DNA from: a virus
Taxonomy: Duplodnaviria; Caudoviricetes
IMG/VR virus record: IMGVR_UViG_3300035148_000427
Span: 1-26,589 of that record
Length of the DNA: 26,589 bases
Reading direction: 5' to 3' (one strand)
The first letter of the stretch is position 1; each line of letters starts with the position of its first letter. The notes below the pieces were generated by a model that had not been told where the DNA came from, did not search any database, and was given only the letters and a program-made list of their open reading frames with translations. A program made the translations under genes and the position numbers. Of this stretch, positions 22,918-26,589 are shown one piece after another.

Positions 22918-25900
22918 TTCGCTTCTCCTTCTGCCGGTACGAGGTCTAGGAATGTGACCTTCGGCATCATTCCCTCAGACATCGGTGCGCGGAAACCAAC
23001 CCCACCAGGACTGAAGGCGTTGACATCGCCGTCTTGGTAGGCTTTCCACTCATCATCGCCGAGTTGAACGCCAAGGACCCATGACCCAGAGTGCAAAACG
23101 TCCGAACCGAATTTTCTTCGGTAGACTGAATGATTCTCCCCTCGCATCGCTTTGAGGTATTCGGCACGCGATGGGTATTGCTCGACCCAACTTTCGACCA
23201 CTTTGGCATCTGCCTTGGCCTTATGTTGAAATCCAATCACCATCTGTCCCTTCAAGAAGGCGTGCGCCGTTTCCTCTACCGCTGCGGGTGGAATCCAGTC
23301 GTTGTGCGCATCGGCACGCGGACCGTTTGGCCCATACGGGTCAACCACCACCCCGTAGACGATTCGCTTGGTTTGGTCGGCTTTGGAGATTGCAACGTGC
23401 TTCCTCGCCTCTGCCACCTTGCCGCTGCGAACGTCGTACTTCACCGGCTTCTCGCCAGGTTTCGCCCACACGACGAAATCCCGGCCTTTCCGCCGTTGTT
23501 CGCTTATGACATCAGCGAGTTCTTGAGCCTCGGCTCTGGGCTTCTGGTCGGTGGGCTTGTCAATCAGCCACACCCTTTCCGCCCCTAACCTCGGCAGCGT
23601 CAACATATATCTCCCAGAAAGGTACTTGCCGTCAAGGAAAATTTCTACGGCGTGCTGGGTAGCGACTCCGAGTTGGTAGGTCCCCTCGTCGCGCACGAAA
23701 AACTTCGAGTAGGTCTGCGACGTGGAGCCTGGGCCACCCGGCTCGACCGCCTCACCTTTGCCTTCGCCCATTTTCAACCAATCTTTGGGCTGCTGGAGCT
23801 TGGGCGCAAGGCGAAGATTTTGGTCGGCCTTGAGGTCGATGAGTTTGTCCTTGTGCGTCAACCCTCGGTTGTCTTTCGTTTCGCCGAGAAACACCGCCCA
23901 TCCAAAAAGTCCGTCTGGGCCTTCCAACCGGATGTCGCCATGAACCGAATGGTCGGTGGTGTCCATCAGCGCCTCGTCGGTCATGCCCTTCTGTTTTTCG
24001 TCGAGGCCCCGCCAATGGTGCTGGTAAACAAACCGACCGCCTTGCTTGGTCGGCATGTACTCGTGCCAATTTTCTTCCCACAACCGCTGCGCACGGTCGC
24101 CACGAGTTTCTTCCTCGCCCTCCGTTTTGCGGATTGCGTCGAGGATGCGCCCTGTTTTGCGCCCGACCTCTCCTGAATCACCGAATCGTCGCACAGCGGA
24201 CGGGTGCGGGAGGACAAAGCCTGCGCGTTCCCCCAACATGCGCTTGGCTGTTTGACCGAGCGCGACAACGACCTTCGGTTTCATGCGGTCGAGTTCGTCG
24301 TGAAGCCAGGGCTTCCATTCCTCGGCCTCGGCATTGGTTGGCTCCCGTACCTTTCCCTTCTCGTCGGTCAAAAACCGAGGCACGGCGTTGGTCATCGCTA
24401 CGTCCGCACGCGATAGCCCAAGCGGTTTCAAGTACATCTCGACAAAAAGTTCTGAGCCTGCCCCCACGAAGGGTTCGCCGCGCACCGCCTCCGTCCTACT
24501 AGGCGATGCGCCGACGAACATGATGGGAGCACCCTCCGGTCCAAAAGTCGGCACGATGTCGAGCGCCTTTTGAAGCACAGCGGCTCGGCGTGCAACGTCA
24601 ATCGCTTGCGCGGCGAAGTAGGGAGCTTTGCGCGTGCGGTCAACGTCAATGACCCTCGGCCCCAACCACATGAGGCGTTTTCCCGCCTCATCGGGGATGA
24701 GTTCAAGAACCTGCACGGTCAAAACCTCACCCGGCTTTGCCTCAATGTTCGTGTTGAATGTCTTGCCGAGGTCGATGTACTCGGTCCCGTTCAATGAGCG
24801 GGTGTTGGCGAACTCAAGGTCGCCAGGCAGTAATCCGCACCAATAGTTGTAGTCACCTGTTTTGGTTTTTTGTGCGTCGAGCACTGCGACCTTGAGTTCT
24901 GCCACCCGCTTGAGTTTCGACCATTCGTTGGTCGTGCCGCCTGTCTCATACTTTCCAGTAGAGGTCTTGGCGACCAATCCTTCCGAAGCATCGAAACCAA
25001 AGGCCCATTTCGCCGCTGCCTTGAGCGCAGGCAACGAATTCACCCACCGCGCTTGCGTGATGGGCAACTTTCCTTTCACCTTCGACTCGAGAATTTCTCG
25101 CCTGTCCTTGAACGGAAGGTCGCTCAAATCCTCGTCGAGGAACGGCGCGTCGAAAACAGTCACGACGATTTTCTCGCCCGCGTCCAGTTTCGGGTCGTCG
25201 CTGTTCAGTTTCGCCATCATGTTTCTGGGCAATCGCTTGCCCTCCTTCTCGATGGCAATGTCCGCGTCCAACACGAAATCGCCGCCCATTTTTTTGAGCG
25301 CGGCGGCGAGGTCGGGAAAGCGGTCGATGAGATTCTTGCCGATTTGACCCTCAAACCACGCGCCCACCTCATCGCCCTTCTTGAGCAAGATGGTTCTGAA
25401 CCCGTTGAGTTTTGGTTCAACGTCGATGGGCAAGCGGTCCTCTGCCCAAGCCCACACGTCGTCCACGTCATAGAGTTCGGTAAAGCCTTCGACCGCTGGC
25501 TTGGGTGGTGTGAATCGCTGGAACGGTTGCAACGCTTTTTCCACTGTGGAGGGCTTGCGCAAAGCGCCGCAGACGTAGATGAGATTTCCCTTCTTGCGCT
25601 CGACCAAATGCTCGACCTCGAACATGGGTCGGTTTTCAGCGAGGTCGGCCTGCGTCCAAAAGGCGAAACTCGCCTTGTTCCAAAATGACTTGTGCTCAGG
25701 GTGGGCGAAAGCGCCTGGGCCATCTGTCGAGGGAATCTCGAACACGAACCGCCCGCCTGGTTTGAGCACACGATGGATTTCTGCCATCACCTTCGATTTG
25801 TCTGCGAGGTGTTCGAGCACATGGTTCGCTCGAACCTCGTCCGCGTAGTCGTCGCTGAACGGTAGCCCACCATCGAGGTCGTGAACGAGGTCCACGCCTT

Positions 25901-26567
25901 CACCGCCGCGCTTGTCCACGCCGATGTAGCCTGCGGGTTTGCAATCGCCACAACCTATGTCGATGCGCACGTCCTCTGCCTTCACGAATTGCGTGGCGAT
26001 GTCCTCGCGCCGTCGCAGGACCAAATCGTAGAGGGGGATGAAGTCGCCGTGAGCGCCTTGGGGGTTGCTGAGCCAGTGGAGCTTTCCCTTTTTGTCTGGG
26101 TCGAGGGTGTTCCTGATGGGCAGCCACACGTTCTCGGATTGAATCACCACCTGTCCTGAATCTTTGTCCCACACCGCCCGAAGCATCACGTCCATATCCT
26201 TCGGGTCAGGATGTCCTTTCGCAAGCGACCCCACCACGGAAACGAAATCGCGCACCAACACCACGTCGCGGGGGAGTTCGTTCATGCGCTTGTGAAGCGC
26301 CCACCCTGTTTTCGTTTTGCGGAAATCTTCGATTGCATCCACGAGGGCGCTTGGGCTGATTTCAAACCCGCGCCGTTTCATCTCTTGGCTGACCCACACG
26401 GCAGCGTTGATGATGTCTTCGGTGGGCTGCTTGCGCTTTGTGGCGTTGGCAAACCACTGGTTGAGGCGTAGCCAAGCCTCGGAAATTTCCTCGTCGGGGA
26501 GCTTTTTCAACTGAGCGGGCCGCATATCGCCAAGGGCAACTTTTTCGAGCGTCGTGGGTTCGTCCAC
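22914..26567 (-). CDS. Multidomain polyprotein: NTase-like / SAM methyltransferase / ATP-dependent DNA ligase / UDG-like / LigD phosphoesterase-like / XkdF-type prohead protease (5' end uncertain)
   Basis: Motifs read from the translation: VVGS...DMDV; IDIGCG...HVLEH...RVLKPGG; EPKLNGFR, VFD, EGLVAK, WSKLK; FVGASP...E...GEPFVG, TN, VALG, HPS; FVYQHH, HGDIRLE, WAV, RDEGTY, LDG..LSGRY; RIVYGVV..P...DAH.D, IGFQH, VVESW, GSWVLG, FSPGG. Confidence 0.9.
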   Translation of the reverse strand: MDEPTTLEKVALGDMRPAQLKKLPDEEISEAWLRLNQWFANATKRKQPTEDIINAAVWVSQEMKRRGFEISPSALVDAIEDFRKTKTGWALHKRMNELPRDVVLVRDFVSVVGSLAKGHPDPKDMDVMLRAVWDKDSGQVVIQSENVWLPIRNTLDPDKKGKLHWLSNPQGAHGDFIPLYDLVLRRREDIATQFVKAEDVRIDIGCGDCKPAGYIGVDKRGGEGVDLVHDLDGGLPFSDDYADEVRANHVLEHLADKSKVMAEIHRVLKPGGRFVFEIPSTDGPGAFAHPEHKSFWNKASFAFWTQADLAENRPMFEVEHLVERKKGNLIYVCGALRKPSTVEKALQPFQRFTPPKPAVEGFTELYDVDDVWAWAEDRLPIDVEPKLNGFRTILLKKGDEVGAWFEGQIGKNLIDRFPDLAAALKKMGGDFVLDADIAIEKEGKRLPRNMMAKLNSDDPKLDAGEKIVVTVFDAPFLDEDLSDLPFKDRREILESKVKGKLPITQARWVNSLPALKAAAKWAFGFDASEGLVAKTSTGKYETGGTTNEWSKLKRVAELKVAVLDAQKTKTGDYNYWCGLLPGDLEFANTRSLNGTEYIDLGKTFNTNIEAKPGEVLTVQVLELIPDEAGKRLMWLGPRVIDVDRTRKAPYFAAQAIDVARRAAVLQKALDIVPTFGPEGAPIMFVGASPSRTEAVRGEPFVGAGSELFVEMYLKPLGLSRADVAMTNAVPRFLTDEKGKVREPTNAEAEEWKPWLHDELDRMKPKVVVALGQTAKRMLGERAGFVLPHPSAVRRFGDSGEVGRKTGRILDAIRKTEGEEETRGDRAQRLWEENWHEYMPTKQGGRFVYQHHWRGLDEKQKGMTDEALMDTTDHSVHGDIRLEGPDGLFGWAVFLGETKDNRGLTHKDKLIDLKADQNLRLAPKLQQPKDWLKMGEGKGEAVEPGGPGSTSQTYSKFFVRDEGTYQLGVATQHAVEIFLDGKYLSGRYMLTLPRLGAERVWLIDKPTDQKPRAEAQELADVISEQRRKGRDFVVWAKPGEKPVKYDVRSGKVAEARKHVAISKADQTKRIVYGVVVDPYGPNGPRADAHNDWIPPAAVEETAHAFLKGQMVIGFQHKAKADAKVVESWVEQYPSRAEYLKAMRGENHSVYRRKFGSDVLHSGSWVLGVQLGDDEWKAYQDGDVNAFSPGGVGFRAPMSEGMMPKVTFLDLVPAEGEAK
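22917..23381 (-). other. XkdF-like phage serine (prohead) protease domain, aa ~1063-1217
   Basis: KRIVYGVVVDP, DAHNDW, VEETAHAFL, IGFQH (candidate His1115), GSWVLGV, W.....G...AFSPGG (candidate Ser1186); sits at the protease position before scaffold and MCP. Confidence 0.88.
23553..24041 (-). other. LigD-type 3'-phosphoesterase (PE) domain, aa ~843-1005
   Basis: Colinear match to the PE consensus as recalled: FVxQxH, HxDxRLE, WAV, RLA, DxGxY, FxLDGxxLxGRY, WLxxK. Confidence 0.8.
24129..24563 (-). other. Uracil-DNA glycosylase family-4-like domain, aa ~669-813
   Basis: G...A.IMFVG.SP...E...GEPFVG..., TNAV, P...E....PWL..EL...KPKVVVALG.TA, HPS. Confidence 0.88.
24573..25532 (-). other. ATP-dependent DNA ligase (adenylation + OB domain), aa ~346-665
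   Basis: Motif I EPKLNGFR (K386), III FVLDAD, IIIa VFD, P...RR..L, IV EGLVAK, V WSKLK, followed by a beta-rich OB-like region. Confidence 0.9.
25554..25976 (-). other. Class I SAM-dependent methyltransferase domain (Methyltransf_11-like), aa ~198-338
   Basis: IDIGCG, GVD, DLVHDL...LPF.D...DEV...HVLEH, M.EIHRVLKPGG.F...P. Confidence 0.88.
25998..26270 (-). other. Pol-beta-superfamily nucleotidyltransferase-like domain, aa ~100-190
   Basis: hhGS-x9-DhDh signature: VSVVGSLAKGHPDPKDMDVML. Confidence 0.6.
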
Positions 26568-26589
26568 ACGCGCACGCGCAAGCGCGCCC

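Larger units (their letters stand above)
1..26589 (-). mobile_element. Myovirus-type phage/prophage structural operon (head, neck, tail, baseplate, fibres, lysis), truncated at both ends
   Basis: About 34 contiguous co-oriented minus-strand genes in canonical morphogenesis order, many joined by ATGA/GTGA/TGATG overlaps and preceded by GGAG-type RBSs. No host genes, integrase or att site are visible, so free phage versus prophage cannot be decided. Confidence 0.95.

Noticed and set aside
22905-22935. Frameshift fusing the polyprotein to the scaffold
   Set aside because: No slippery heptamer at the junction; the AAGGAG RBS and GTGA overlap explain it as translational coupling.
21919-25688. Plus-strand ORFs (315, 272, 174 aa and others) opposite scaffold and polyprotein
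   Set aside because: Shadow ORFs from codon bias; the minus-strand frame carries all the motifs.
22914-26567. Host LigD/NHEJ gene or intein-containing protein
   Set aside because: No PrimPol-type polymerase or Ku, domain order differs from LigD, and it is fused to a phage protease and coupled to the scaffold; no intein splice-junction or LAGLIDADG motifs noticed.

Overview
The whole window is one tightly packed, minus-strand virion morphogenesis operon of a contractile-tailed phage or prophage, open at both edges. Reading right to left it encodes: a 1217-aa multidomain protein ending in an XkdF-type prohead protease; scaffold; capsid cement protein; major capsid protein; neck genes; sheath; tube; tail chaperone with a lambda-type GGGAAAG -1 frameshift; tape measure; baseplate with Gp138-type spike; tail fibre; holin-like genes; and a second adsorption module. 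That last module holds a LamG + 16x20-aa repeat protein, BppU-like proteins and a >522-aa tailspike-like ORF missing from the ORF track. The standout is the protease gene. It fuses a Pol-beta-like nucleotidyltransferase, a SAM methyltransferase, an ATP-dependent DNA ligase, a uracil-DNA-glycosylase-like domain and a LigD-type 3'-phosphoesterase to the head protease, with a hydrophobic-x-K|A/T motif at each domain junction. This suggests a self-processing, capsid-packaged DNA repair kit. The protease also looks split: its final EVSLVxxxAN strand sits at the N-terminus of the next (scaffold) gene, which has a strong internal start that would omit it. All family calls come from motif recognition and synteny by eye; no searches were run.
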